Assembly (NCBI GenBank): GCA_964016885.1
Contig: OZ024740.1
Coordinates: forward strand, 12,214,001-12,278,000
DNA: 64,000 nt
Direction: 5' to 3'
Source of the DNA: Eledone cirrhosa
Taxonomy: Eukaryota
The notes under the pieces are model-generated. The model ran no database searches and was not told where the DNA came from. It was given only the letters and a program-made list of their open reading frames with translations. This document shows, piece after piece, positions 43,163 through 55,577 of the stretch (within the stretch, counting starts at the first letter, position 1; each line of letters starts with the position of its first letter). Both the position numbers and the translations under genes were made by a program.

Positions 43163-43592
43163 CCCTCCCACCACTTGCGACTGTTGGACTAGAAGACAGG
43201 CGAGAATATATACTTTTCTCGTCTGTGTAAATGAGGTGATTAATCTCATTTGCATATGAAGCCGTATAAGTTGGCTCAACTTATAATAAAAAAGGAATAG
43301 GATTTCGCCTCAAGCATAGCTTTATACAATATGTATAAATATTTCGTATCTCCAAAGAAATACAGTTTTAGGAAGCCGTAGCTATGCAAACACCGGAGGG
43401 CTAACGCTCTCTGGTTTTATACATATTGTATAAAGCTATGCTTGAAGCGAAATCCTATTTCTTTTTTATTATAAGTTGGGCCAACTTATGCAGCTTCATA
43501 TGCAAATGAGATTAATCACCTCATTTACACAGACGAGAAAAGTATATATTCTCGCCTGTCTTCTAGTCCAACAGTCGCAAGTGGTGGGAGGG

Positions 43593-43636
43593 ACCGTCCT
43601 GACGAAGGCCAGTTAAGCCTGAAATGCATAGACGGT
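43593..43636 (+). ncRNA. Minimal type I hammerhead ribozyme (identical inverted copy)
   Basis: Same 44-nt sequence on the + strand. Confidence 0.88.
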
Positions 43637-43746
43637 TGTGCCCCTTGCTTCTGCTGGGCATCACCCCCCGGTGTTTGCATGGCTACGGCTTCCTAAAACT
43701 GTATTTCTTTAGAGATACAAAATATTTATGGATATATATATATGTG

Positions 43747-44366
43747 TAATAACTATAAATTGATTAACATATAAATAAACATGAATAATTACAGGAGATA
43801 ATTTTTACAAGTGTGTAACCACACATAGCTAGGTAGGTAACTAAATAAAGTTGACCAGAACTTCAAAAATAGATACCTTATAATATGATTAATCTTCCCT
43901 GTATATATTCCATTAAAGAAATATATTTCACCAATTAATCGGATGGTAAACCACAGAAGGGGACACTTGGATTTTCAACAAGGAAGAAATTTCCAGCTAT
44001 CCGTGTTTACACTTCAAGTTCAAATCTGCGACTACTATGATGTGTGTATTTCTAGTAAATACTACACGTGGTGATGGCCAGTCGCAGTTTTGAACTTGTT
44101 GTGTAAACACGGATAGCTGGAAATTTCTTCCTTGTTGAAAATCCAAATCTCCACTTCTGTGGTTTACCATCCGATTAATTGGTGAAATATATTTCTTTAA
44201 TGGAATATATACAGGGAAGATTAATCATATTATAAGGTATCTATTTTTGAAGTTCTGGTCAACTTTATTTAGTTACCTACCTAGCTATGTGTGGTTACAC
44301 ACTTGTAAAAATTATCTCCTGTGATTATTCATGTTTATATATATGTTAATCAATTTATAGTTATTA
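43747..44366. repeat. ~620-bp palindromic element
   Basis: Arms 43747-44033 and 44080-44366 are near-perfect reverse complements. The arm tip recurs at ~30447-30495. Confidence 0.92.
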
Positions 44367-44555
44367 TAAAATGCTCGGACCTACTCGTTAGAATCTTAGA
44401 GCTTATTTTGCGGGTGATATAGCGCATGTCTTTCTGGCATGACACCCATAATTTTGATTTAGATTAAATTCATCTAATTTATCTTAATTTGGGATATAGA
44501 TATATATATGTATATACATATATGTGTGAGTGTTTATATATATATATATATATAA

Positions 44556-45041
44556 AATAATAATGAAAATATTGTGTACAGTGCCCAGGTGCACTACAAC
44601 TCATCAAAAGTGTATTTATAGTACATAGGGTAATGTACAAACATCAGGAAAATGAACAGTGAATGAGTCATGATATACACATGTGTGCATGTGTATGGAA
44701 GGGGTACATCAGGTGTAGTTTGGGCGTATTTCGGGAAGCATGAGTGTCTTAAAGGATGCAGTGCCTCAGCAGCTAACAACTGACGCAGGCAGTTTGTTCC
44801 ATGCTTCAGCAACTCTGAGCGGGAAAAAATGTTTCCGAAAGTCATGGGAGCTGTGCTGTTTTCTGACTTTGTAGGCATGTCCACGTGTGTTAGACACATG
44901 GAGATCAAAAAGGTGCTCAGGGTTGTTGTTGGCAAGATGGTTAATAACTTTGTGGGTGATTATCAAGTCCATTGCCAGACATTGGAGCTTCAATGAATCC
45001 ATGCCCAGGGAAGCAAGGCGTTCAGAGTATGGTAGGTGTCT
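44556..45041 (-). mobile_element. 5'-truncated CR1-like LINE 3' end
   Basis: TRGHAYKVRK..RKHFFPLRVAEAWNKLP and an (ATT)n tail. Same family as 47271-50254. Confidence 0.9.
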
Positions 45042-45089
45042 TTAAACATGACACTGGTAATGAAAACACTAACATCTACGTATCTTTAC

Positions 45090-45200
45090 GATTGTTCTGT
45101 GGAATAGGAGGTTAATTATGTCTAAACTTTCTAAACGATTGTCAGCAATAAAATGTTTTGAACATAGTTTTGATTATTGTGTAATTTATATTCCGGCTCT
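45090..45200 (-). pseudogene. Possible THAP zinc-finger remnant
   Basis: Minus strand reads SKLCSKHFIAD (CS.HF signature) next to a stop. The N-terminal cysteines are not seen. Confidence 0.25.
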
Positions 45201-45372
45201 GTAAAACATCTGATGTATTTACATTGAGCTATTTTTCTTACTGGTAATAAGGTGATAATGAATTACTGACCTTTCCTGTTTATAGTTGTATATAGTATAT
45301 ATAATGTATAAATAATATTATTATTATTGTACATATACATACATACATATATATATATATACATACATTTAA

Positions 45373-45592
45373 CCCTTTAGCATTCATATTACTCTATACA
45401 TACTATTATATTTTCATGGTAAAAGCTTTATCTCACATAATTATCTCACATAATATCAAATCTATCAGATTTTGAAAGTATTTATTTTGAAAACAATACC
45501 TTAACATCAGTTTGAGCGACCAGTTACAGCCAGTTTCAACAGAAAGAAGTAGAGAATTCTGGCCGGTTTGGGCTGGTTTGAACATTAAAGGG
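45373..45592. mobile_element. piggyBac-like MITE
   Basis: ttaa|ccctttagcattca ... tgaacattaaaggg|ataa. Confidence 0.75.
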
Positions 45593-45608
45593 ATAAATAT
45601 ACTTATAA

Positions 45609-45706
45609 ACATACATACATACATGCATACATACATACATACATACATACATACATACATACATACATACATACATACATACATACATACATACATACAT
45701 ACATAC
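45609..45706. repeat. (CATA)n microsatellite
   Basis: Read directly. Confidence 0.95.
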
Positions 45707-46736
45707 TTGAAGCAACACCTTCAACAGAGGAAAAAGGTTGGCAACCATCTTGCCCATGTTTATGAGCATGAAAAAAAAAAATATCATTAGAATAGCGACT
45801 GATCTGGAGGAGAGATATGGAATAAAGCCTGATATAAATCTCTCACCCAGAGAAATCGGAAGATCCTATTCAATGTTCAAACAAGATTAAAAAATTGACC
45901 AATTTACAGAAAAAGTTGTACATGGATACTTGAGGCATAAAACACAAACCATAGAGGGGATAAACCACTCAAAAAGCCTGGCATGGAGTTCCGACAAGTT
46001 TATGACATCACACCTTGAGGGATATCTCTATGCAATACAGGAACAAGAACTCCCTACCAAATATCTGCTGCACAAAAGAGGAAGGCCAGCAGCTGACAAT
46101 AAATGTAGGCTATGTAAAACAAAGATTGAGGATGTAAGCCACATTGTTGCCAGCTGCGAAAGAATGTCATCTCGCTACTACCTCCCCATGAGACACGATG
46201 GGATAGCTAGAACCATCTGGAACGCACTTCGGAAAACAAAATTAACAACAAACGAGGAAGAATATATTGAGACAGATGGCACTAAGGAATACTGGTGGAA
46301 CCTGAAAATAAAAACACCAAATTAAAGCACAACCGGCCTGATTGTTGTTTGGGACCACACATTGAAAACGTGTTCTGTTGTGGAGATCAGCTGCCCACTT
46401 GATGTAAACGTTGTCAGAAAAATACAGGAGAAGGAGGACATCTACGGACCATTGATGAGGAGTTTACAAATCCAGTATCCAAGATACACCTTTAGCTTCA
46501 TACCCATCATTATTGGAGCTACGGGTTATATACAAGTATGACTGAACTTGGATTTGCGGACAAAGAGCGCAGCTCCCTAATTCATAGTCTACAAATGGCT
46601 GCGATAGCTGGCACCTTCAAAATTTGCAAAACATTCTTGCGATTCAAGGGATGACAATTTCTTTTCTTTTACAAGCTTGCCACCAGGAAGGTGGCCGGTC
46701 AAAAAAAATATACTCGAAATTAAGAGAAAGAGATAA
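45707..46736 (+). mobile_element. R4/Dong-like RLE LINE, 3' fragment A
   Basis: AIQEQ, CRLC..EDVSHIVASC zinc knuckle, RHD, HNRPD..VVEISCP restriction-like endonuclease. Frameshifted. Confidence 0.85.
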
Positions 46737-46749
46737 CATACATACATAC

Positions 46750-49700
46750 AATGAACCTCCAAATGTAGGAGCCTATCTATTGGGCAAGTCTGTCTGAATG
46801 AGACAGATAAGATCATGAGAGTTGGGAAGGAACTCCTTGAAAATACTCCCTAGATGATAATCAAAGCTCACACCCAGGGAAATTGCCCAGCAATACCGCA
46901 GCGAATCTATGAATGAAGAACTGCATGCTTGTTAGCAAAAAGTCATGCAGAGTGAGAGTAATATAGATAAGCAAAGTAGTTTATCTTGGACCAACAACCG
47001 CTATATTGACTCCCACTTTGAGGGATATACTTTTGTAATCCAAGAAAAGGAAATCAATATAAAATACCTGATTCACAAAAGAGATAGGGATGCAGGCAAA
47101 ACACCTAGATGTGACAAGAAATGCAGACTCTGCAGAATTAACATCGAAGCTGTCACCCATGTCATAAGCAGCTGTCCAAAGATGTCATCATGGTACTATC
47201 TACCTATGAGGCATGATGTAGCGGCCAAAACACTGTACAATGCAATCCATAGAAAAGATAGTCCCGACAACCTGCCATCCCCTGCACATAATCATAGACT
47301 GGAATCAAGGTACAAATTGTTGTCCTTGAATGCACGTAGTATATGCAATAAGATACATCTTTTTGATTCCTATGTCAAAAGTATCAACCCTGACTTCATT
47401 ACAGTCACAGAAACATGGGCACATTCCTTACTCTGTGATGGGGTTTTCTAAAGACTGCATTAATTGTCGTTGTGGTGGTGTAATGGTCTACATTCGGTCA
47501 AAATTTTCGGCAATTCCTTGTGTTGATTTGAACCGGCAGGAAGTATTTTTCTCCGATATACGTTTGACCATGTCAACACTGCTACTTGGAGTTGTTTACC
47601 ATCCCCCAAATTACTATCAGGACACTAAACTTTGTGATATCCTCAGAGTTGCTGCCAAGAAAAAAGCCACTTATGTTTTTATTGCAGGAGACTTCAATCA
47701 CCATGAGAGTTACTGGGAAACCTTTCGTTGGCTGCAAAGTGCAAATGACTTCCTTGAGCTAGTGCTGGACTCAAGCTGGTCCCAAGTAGTCCCCTCCCCA
47801 ACAAGAGGTGACAACACTTTGGATCTACTCTTCACCACTACTCCTGAAACGGTTATTAGTGTTACAACTGAGGAACCTTTAGGTGACTCTGAGCATGCTA
47901 TGATCATTGCCAATCTGTCCCTCATGGGCAGTAACAAAAACCACAACCATCTCCAAACTGCTCACTTTGACTGGAATAAAGCAGACTGGAACTGTTACTG
48001 CACCGAGTTGCAACGTCCAAACTGGCTTGAGTTCTATGACTCTGGAGATGTCAACACTGTACTCCAGAACATCCTGAGCTCAATATAGACAGCTTGTGCA
48101 ATATCGGTGCCACGTAAGCAGAAAAAACATCCCAAAAGTGCAATTTCGGAGACTGCAGCAGTCCGTCTTGCCAGAAAAGAATGTTGTAATGCTGAACATG
48201 AGTACAAACTGCATAAATCAGATATCAATAGGAAGAGGCGAAATAAATCATCCAACCATCTCAAACAGGTGACCAAAAAGGCAGTGCTTCAATTTGAGCA
48301 GTGCATAGCAACCAGCCCTGACAGTAAGGTGTTCTGGAAGTATGTTCACTCAAAGCAGAGGCCTCACTCTCCAGTTGGTCCTCTTCGCAATCCCCACACA
48401 AGCCAGGTTACTGACGACTCCAAGGAATGCGCAAAACTCATTGCTGAATGCTATGCAGGCATTTTCACTATTGAAGACCAGAGTGTACCATCTCCACCAC
48501 CTATGACACCGGACTCTATTACAACCATGGAATTTACACCTGCAATGCTGCGACGTCACCTTAAAAATAAACGCAACCATGCCTCTCCTGGTCTTGATGG
48601 TGTTATGTACCTGCTTCTCAAACGTGGTGGGTACTTCCTTCTGCACCAGCTATTACGCTTCTTCCAATTCTGTCTGAACAACGGTGCTACTCCGGAGCAG
48701 TGGAAAACTGCCAATGTCATTCCTCTGTTCAAAAAGGGTGACCACACATCACCTGTGAACTATCGTCCAGTCAGTCTTATTAGTTGCATCGCCAAACTGA
48801 TGGAATCCTGTGTCAGAGAAACACTTTGGAACTTCTGGAGCTCTCACAGTCTTATCTGGCCCTCGCAAATTGGATTTATCCCTAACTCCAGCTGCTGTGA
48901 TCAGTTTATCGAGTTCCTTGAAGACATCACCCGGATCACTGACAGCGGCTCATGGGTGGATGTTGTTTACCTTGACTTTGCTAAAGCCTTCAATTCTGTG
49001 CCACACAAAAGACTTATGGCAAAACTTTCTGCAATGGGTGTGAAGGATGATCTTTTTAACTGGTTGAAGTCCTTCATTCTCAGTTGAAGAGAGGTAGTCA
49101 CGGTTCTAAGACAGCATTCTTCACTATATGAGATGTCATCTGGTGTACCACAGGGATCTGTTCTTGGCCCCCTTTTGTTTGTGGCCTATATTAATGACAT
49201 AGACGCCAACTTAAAGAATGCCACAGCACTGGAATATGCAGATGACATCAAGCTGTACCTTGAGATAAAAAGGACAGATCCTGAACACTATAGATCTTGC
49301 CTGCAATCTGACCTGGACACAATGCAACAATAGATCACAGACTGGCAACTCAAGCTAGCTGTGGACAAGTGCACCACCATGCATTTTGGGAGTAAAAACC
49401 CAGTGCCCACGTACTCCCTCCACAGCACTAATATCAAGAAGTCTTGTGAACGTGACCTGGGCATTATGGTCAGCAGCGATTTGCATTGGACGAAGTACGT
49501 CTCTAAAATTGTCAAGAAGGCTGAGGGTGTCTTAGCATCACCCAGCAAGACCTTTGTCAGCCACTCTCCAGCTATCTATTTAAAGCTGTATATAGCTATG
49601 GTGCGGCCACACTTAGAATTTGCATCACCAGTCTGGAACCCCTACTTGCTCAGAACATTGACCGCCTGGAAACTGTTCAGAGATGTGCAACCAAGCACAT

Positions 49701-50957
49701 ACCCTCCATCAGACACCTACCATACTCTGAATGCCTTGCTTCCCTGGGCATGGATACATTGAAGCTCCAACGTCTGGCAACTGACTTGGTAAACACCCAC
49801 AAAATTATTAACCATCTCGCTAACAACAACCTTGAGCACCTTTTTAATTTCCATGTATCTAAAACACGTGGGGATGCCCACAAAGTCAGAAAACAGCACA
49901 GCTCCCATGACTTTCAGAAACATTTTTTCACGCTCAGAGTTGCTGAAGCATGGAACAAACTGCCTGTATCAGTTGTTAGCTGTCGAGACACTGATCCTTT
50001 AAAACCTCCATGGAACAAACTACCTGCGTCAGTTATTAACTGTCAAGACACTGCATCCTTTAAAACCTCCATGCTTCCTCAGATTCGCCAACACTACACC
50101 TGATGTTCCCCCTCCATACACACGCACACATATATATCATGACTCATACACTATTCACTTCCCTGACATTTGTGTATTATTCTATGTACTATACATACAC
50201 CTTTGATGAGTTGTAGTGCACCTGAGCACTGTACACAATAATTTCATTATTATTACAATAAACACATTAAAAGCTACAGCAATGTGGAAGACATCCATGT
50301 ACATAATATGAAAGAGTACTGGTGGAATGTTCCAGCCAAAACCCCATAAAATGCAGGCATAACAGACAGACCAGATATTATGATATGGGACAGGGAAAAG
50401 AAGGTATGCACAGTAGTGGAAATTAGCTGTCCAGCAGATGCCAATATAATATCAAAGATTAGTGAAAAGGAGAATATTTATGCAGAACTGATGAGAAATC
50501 TGCAGATACTCCACCCTGACTATACCTTCAGATTTATGCCTGTGATTATTGGGGCACTGGGGTATGTTAGTAACTGCCTCAATACAAATCTTGAGAAGCT
50601 AGGCTTCAGAGAAACAGAAAGAACACAACTAGTTAGGAAACTACAAATACAATCCATTAATGGAACAGTAAAAATATGTAAAACATTCCAAAAATTCTGC
50701 ATCTAATAATTGCATATACACATGTACAATAACTGCATATACACATGTACAGATACAAAGCATTTACACATGTACAGATACAACTCAAAACATACACATC
50801 CACACATACAATAACATCCATATCGACACATGCAGACATACATACATATCTACCTAGTTGATGTTGTGTAAATTCTCATGAGAGAGTCTTGTGTCTATGT
50901 TAGAACCCGAGTCACTCTCTATTGGGAAACATTTGTGAAATTATAAAACCAGAAGAA
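46750..50957 (+). mobile_element. R4/Dong-like RLE LINE, 3' fragment B, split by a CR1 (parts 46750-47270 and 50255-50957)
   Basis: CRLC..HVISSC, RHD, then RPD..VVEISCP..IIGALG. Removing the CR1 and one acaa restores the frame SPDNKHIKS..EYWWN. Confidence 0.88.
47271..50254 (+). mobile_element. CR1-clade LINE ORF2 (APE + RT), pseudogenised, with acaa TSD
   Basis: LNARS, VTETW, GDFN, PTRGDNTLDL, NYRPVSL, YLDFAKAF, SGVPQGSVLGPLLF, YADD. (ATT)n tail. acaa at 47267-47270 and 50255-50258. Confidence 0.93.
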
Positions 50958-51011
50958 CATACATACCTATATACATACATATCATACATACATACAGACA
51001 TATATACTTAC

Positions 51012-51610
51012 ATGGTGGCTGCCAACTCGTTTTTGAGTACGGCCACTACTTTATATCCATGTAGGAGAACCCCCACCGATGCGCTGAACGAGTGTGACTT
51101 TTTAGTCCAGCCAGCGACTTGAAAACTCTGGTACAAACACTACACTTGTGACAATTATTGACACATAGTGCTGGGCCCATGGTACCATGTGACGACAAGT
51201 GCAGAGAGATCTCCAGATATAAAGCAATGCCTGTGCCGTGAAGCTTTTGGCACTGCACAAAGCCAGTCCCACTCTCTTAACCAAGATGATATTTACCAAA
51301 AAGAAGAACAAGTCAACATCATTGGATACCATCAGGGTTGCAGGTGTTATATCAGAGTTTTCTTTCTCCTAGAATTCTGCCTTGACAAAGGCTAAGGGGT
51401 CATCTCTCCCGGTGATTTTGGATGGCCATTGACTCTTAAGAGGTCCTTTACCCGTTAACAGGTTTTGTTTTTAGTCCTGCAGGATGTCCAAAGTCACCCT
51501 CCTCACCAAGAAACCTTGGTGGGGTTGCCAGTTTAGTCGCCAACGACCCGATCATGAGACAGGTTGTACTGGGATACATATTACCAGTAGCACCAAGTGG
51601 TGACCTGACA
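51012..51610 (-). mobile_element. ~600-bp non-autonomous bipartite RTE-like element, copy 1
   Basis: RTE-like 5' UTR joined to a 3' end encoding CSVCTRVFKSLAGLKSHTRSAH (C2H2), with a (GTAT)n tail. Confidence 0.65.
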
Positions 51611-51631
51611 CATACATACATACATACATAT

Positions 51632-52242
51632 ATGGTGGCTGCCAACTCGTTTTTGAGTACGGCCACTACTTTATATCCATGTAGGAGAACCCCCACCGAT
51701 GCGCTGAACGAGTGTGACTTTTTAGTCCAGCCAGCGACTTGAAAACTCTGGTACAAACACTACACTTGTGACAATTATTGACACAAAGTGCTAGGCCCAT
51801 GGTACCATGTGACGACAACTGCAGAGAGATCTCCAGATATAAAGCAATGCCTGTGCCGTGAAGCTTTTATAGGGAGCAAAGGCACTGCACAGAGCCAGTC
51901 CCACTCTCTTAACCAAGATGATATTTACCAAAAAGAAGAACAAGTCAACATCATTGGATACCATCAGGGTTGCAGGTGTTATATCAGAGTTTTCCTTCTC
52001 CTAGAATTCTGCCTTGACAAAGGCTAAGGGGTCATCTCTCCCGGTGATTTTGGATGGCCATTGACTCTTTAGAGCTCCTTTGCCCGTTAACAGGTTTTAT
52101 TTTTAGTCCTGCAGGATGTCCAAAGTCACCCTCCTCACCAAGAAACCTTGGTGGGGTTGCCAGTTTAGTCACCAACGACCCGACCATGAGACAGGTTGTA
52201 CTGGGATACATGTTACCACTAGCACCAAGTGGTGACCTGACA
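51632..52242 (-). mobile_element. ~600-bp non-autonomous bipartite RTE-like element, copy 2 (tandem)
   Basis: Near-identical to copy 1 with a 12-bp indel. Separated from it by (CATA)n. Confidence 0.65.
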
Positions 52243-52384
52243 TATTTACCATACATACATACATACATACATATAAATCTATAATGGAAAGTGGGACAAC
52301 ATTGACAACATTGTACAGTGATGAGAGTAGCTTTGTAAGTAGGGTGGGTTGGGGATGGTGGGGGAGGGGCACTCAGAACACCGC

Positions 52385-53412
52385 TCCAACACCACCACCA
52401 CCACCTCCACTGCCAACACCACCACTACCACCACCACCACCACCACTGCCACAACCACCACCACCACTACCACCACCGCCACCACCACCGCCGCCACCAC
52501 CACTGCCACCACCACCACCACCACCACCACCTCCAACACCCCCACCACCTCCACCACCTCCACCACCACCACCAACACCTCCAACACCACCTCCACTACC
52601 AACACCACCACTACCACCACCATTGCTGCCACCACCACCACCACCACCACCTCCACCACCACCACCAACACCTCCAACACCACCTCCACTACCAACACCA
52701 CCACTACCACCACCACCGCTGCCACCACCACCACCACCACCACCTCCACCACCACCACCAACACCTCCAACACCACCACTACCACCAACACCTCCAACAC
52801 CACCTCCACTACCAACACCACCACTACCACCACCATTGCTGCCACCACCACCACCACCACCACCTCCACCACCACCACCAACACCTCCAACACCACCTCC
52901 ACTACCAACACCACCACTACCACCACCACCGCTGCCACCACCACCACCACCACCACCTCCACCACCACCACCAACACCTCCAACACCACCACTACCACCA
53001 CCACCACCACCACCAGCACCTCCACCACCACCACCAACACCTCCAACACCACCACTACCACCACCACCACCACCACCTCCACCACCAACACCTCCAACAC
53101 CACCTCCACTACCAACACCACCACTACCAACACCACCACTACCACCACCACCACCACCACCACCACCACCACCACCACCTCCACCACCAACACCTCCAAC
53201 ACCACCTCCACTACCAACACCTCCAACACCACCACCACTACCACCACCACTGCTGCCACAACCACCACCACCACTGCCACCATCACTGCCGCCACCACCA
53301 CTGCCACCACCACCAGCACCACCACCACCTCCAACACCACCACCACCTCCGCCACCACCACCACCTCCCCCACCACCTCCAGCACCACCACCACCACTAC
53401 CATCACCACCAC
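52385..53412. repeat. (CCA)n-derived low-complexity repeat
   Basis: CCA/CTA/CAA triplets with an internal 213-bp duplication (cattgctgcc at 52621 and 52834). Confidence 0.93.
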
Positions 53413-53420
53413 TTTTACCA

Positions 53421-53596
53421 CTGTTACCATGGAAACAGTATTGACTTAATGGTAGAGCTATTGTTACCATGGAAACAGTATAGAGTTAATGGTAGAGTTA
53501 TTGTTACCATAGAAACAGTGTAGATTTAATGGTAGAGCTATTGTTACCATGGAAACTGTATAGAGTTAATGGTAGATATTGTTACCATAGAGATAG
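53421..53596. repeat. 40-bp minisatellite carrying RFX X-box motifs
   Basis: gttaccatggaaac or variants at 53423, 53463, 53503, 53543 and 53581. Confidence 0.85.
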
Positions 53597-53669
53597 TTTT
53601 GACGTAATCCTTTCGGTAGCTAACCACCTGAAACAGTCCCTGGTTCTATAACACTGTTTTAAAGTGTTT

Positions 53670-53960
53670 ATCATCATCATCAACATCATCATTGTTTAAT
53701 GTCTATCTTCCACGCTAGCATGGGTTAGACGGGAGATGTCCCACTCGAGGCAAAGTTGGTCGGGTGACCATGTCTCGCTCATATAGGACTGTCTAGCAGG
53801 TTTGCTACAGCTGGATGCCCTTCCTAACACCAACCACATTTACAGTGTGTACTAGGAGGTTTTTACCGTGTTACCTACATGACCACATTACAGTGTGGAC
53901 TGTGTGTTTTTTGTTGTGACACCTACACGACCTCATTAGTTTGGACTGAAAGTTGTGGTA
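53670..53960 (-). mobile_element. SINE with RTE-type body and (GAT)n tail
   Basis: (atc)n-gtttaatgtc..gcatgggttagacgg and gctggatgcccttcctaacaccaaccac, motifs recalled from octopus SINEs. Confidence 0.6.
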
Positions 53961-54057
53961 CCAACATAACTTCACAGATATTTATTTAAAAACCTTCCAA
54001 TGAAGAGTAGTTGTAAAACGATGATGATGATGCTTCCACCAACCTACATATACATAT

Positions 54058-54330
54058 AAGGTCTCAAATAAGGCTAGGGCTACCCCAGGCTAGGGCTTAC
54101 CCCAGTTTCATGGTGTGAAGCAACCGAGACTCCAATACTCCCCCCTGGACAGGACACCAGTCCATCGTAGGGTTAAACCTTCCAGTTATTACTGGTACTC
54201 ATTTACAGCTGAGTATACTGGAGCAATGTGAAATGAAGTGTTTTGCTCAAGAACACAACACCCAACCCAGTCCAGGAATCAAACCCGCAACATTCTGATC
54301 GTTAGTCCAACACCCTTACCACTAGGCCAT
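54058..54330 (-). mobile_element. tRNA-derived CORE-type SINE
   Basis: A box TGGCCTAGTGG and B box GGTTTGATTCC, then gtgttcttgagcaaaacactt..cagctgtaaatgagtacc. Confidence 0.8.
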
Positions 54331-54403
54331 GATACATACATCATCATTTTACAGACACCTTTCCATACTTGAATAGGTAGGACAAGTCTTCTCTGAAGAA
54401 CAC

Positions 54404-54811
54404 CACACACACATTCAGACACACCTACACACACATTCAGACACACCCATACACACATTCAGACACACCTACACACACATTCAGACACACCCAAACACAC
54501 ATTCAGACACACCCATACACACATTCAGACACACCCACACACACATTCAGACACACCCACACACACCCATACACACATTCAAATACACCACACACACATT
54601 CAGACACACCCACACACACATTCAGACACACCCATACACACATTCAAATACACCACACACACATTCAGACACACCCACACGCACATTCAGACACACCCAC
54701 ACGCACATTCAGACACACCCACATACACATTCAGACACACCCACACACACATTCAGACACACCCATACATATTCAGACACACCCATACACACATTCAGAC
54801 ACACATACACA
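54404..54811. repeat. 22-bp minisatellite (acacacattcagacacacccat)
   Basis: Tandem copies read directly. Confidence 0.92.
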
Positions 54812-54898
54812 TTGCAGTATAACAACATATTTCCCACACACCTCATACAGTCCTTTCTACATTTACACATGTTTCACTACATACAACACACATCTTAC

Positions 54899-54904
54899 AC
54901 TACA

Positions 54905-54998
<94 letters not shown>
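54899..54998. repeat. (ACT)n/(ACC)n microsatellite
   Basis: Read directly. Confidence 0.95.
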
Positions 54999-55034
54999 TC
55001 ACCAGGACCACCATATATGCATATATATATATAT

Positions 55035-55213
55035 AACAAAGGAATTGTGGTAAGGAACCAGATGGACCATAACGCACCAGAGTACTCAATACTTAGGGTA
55101 GTAGAGTGGGAAATAGGAAAAAGTATGACCCCGACTGCAGAGCTCAAGCTGGAGCCCAGAAATAGCCGTCGAAACGGCTTGAGCTCTGCAGTCGGGGTCA
55201 TACTTTTTCCTAT
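55035..55213. mobile_element. Short (TA)n-embedded element with a perfect 37-bp inverted repeat
   Basis: Arms 55113-55149 and 55177-55213. A relative lies at 35226-35325. Confidence 0.75.
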
Positions 55214-55577
55214 ATATATATATATACACACACACATATATATGTGTGTGTACATATGTGAAGACACACATGTACACATTTAGAGAGAGAGAGAGGGAGA
55301 AAGAGAGGGGGGTTATAATAATATTTTCTTAATAGTTAGTCTCAAGAAGTGGGACATTACTTTTGATATTTCTAGACTCCTACATTCATTGTTTATGTCT
55401 CAGTAGCACACATCACACATCTCTTACACCACGTTAGTATGGTGGTGTGATGGGTTATTGTAGTGAAACATGGACACTGAATGTAATAGACAATATCTAC
55501 TGTATTACTATGGATATGTAGTGTGCATGGATCCATTGAAGCCCCTACCTCATTGAAGGATTAATTTTACATTCTAT

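Larger units (their letters stand above)
43100..43730. mobile_element. Retrozyme/pLTR-like hammerhead element: two inverted, circularly permuted ~310-bp monomers
   Basis: 43100-43339 is the reverse complement of ~43416-43654, and 43336-43400 is the reverse complement of ~43663-43730. Confidence 0.75.

Noticed and set aside
50195-50240. ttgatgag...stem in the CR1 3' UTR as a ribozyme
   Set aside because: No CUGANGA/GAAA pair. Better explained as the usual LINE 3' stem-loop.
52279-53470. 365-386 aa poly-Pro/Thr/Val/Gly ORFs (formin, extensin or mucin-like)
   Set aside because: A (CCA)n repeat open in four frames, with no domain or convincing splice context.
54260-54330. tRNA gene
   Set aside because: A/B boxes continue into a CORE-SINE body, with no complete cloverleaf.
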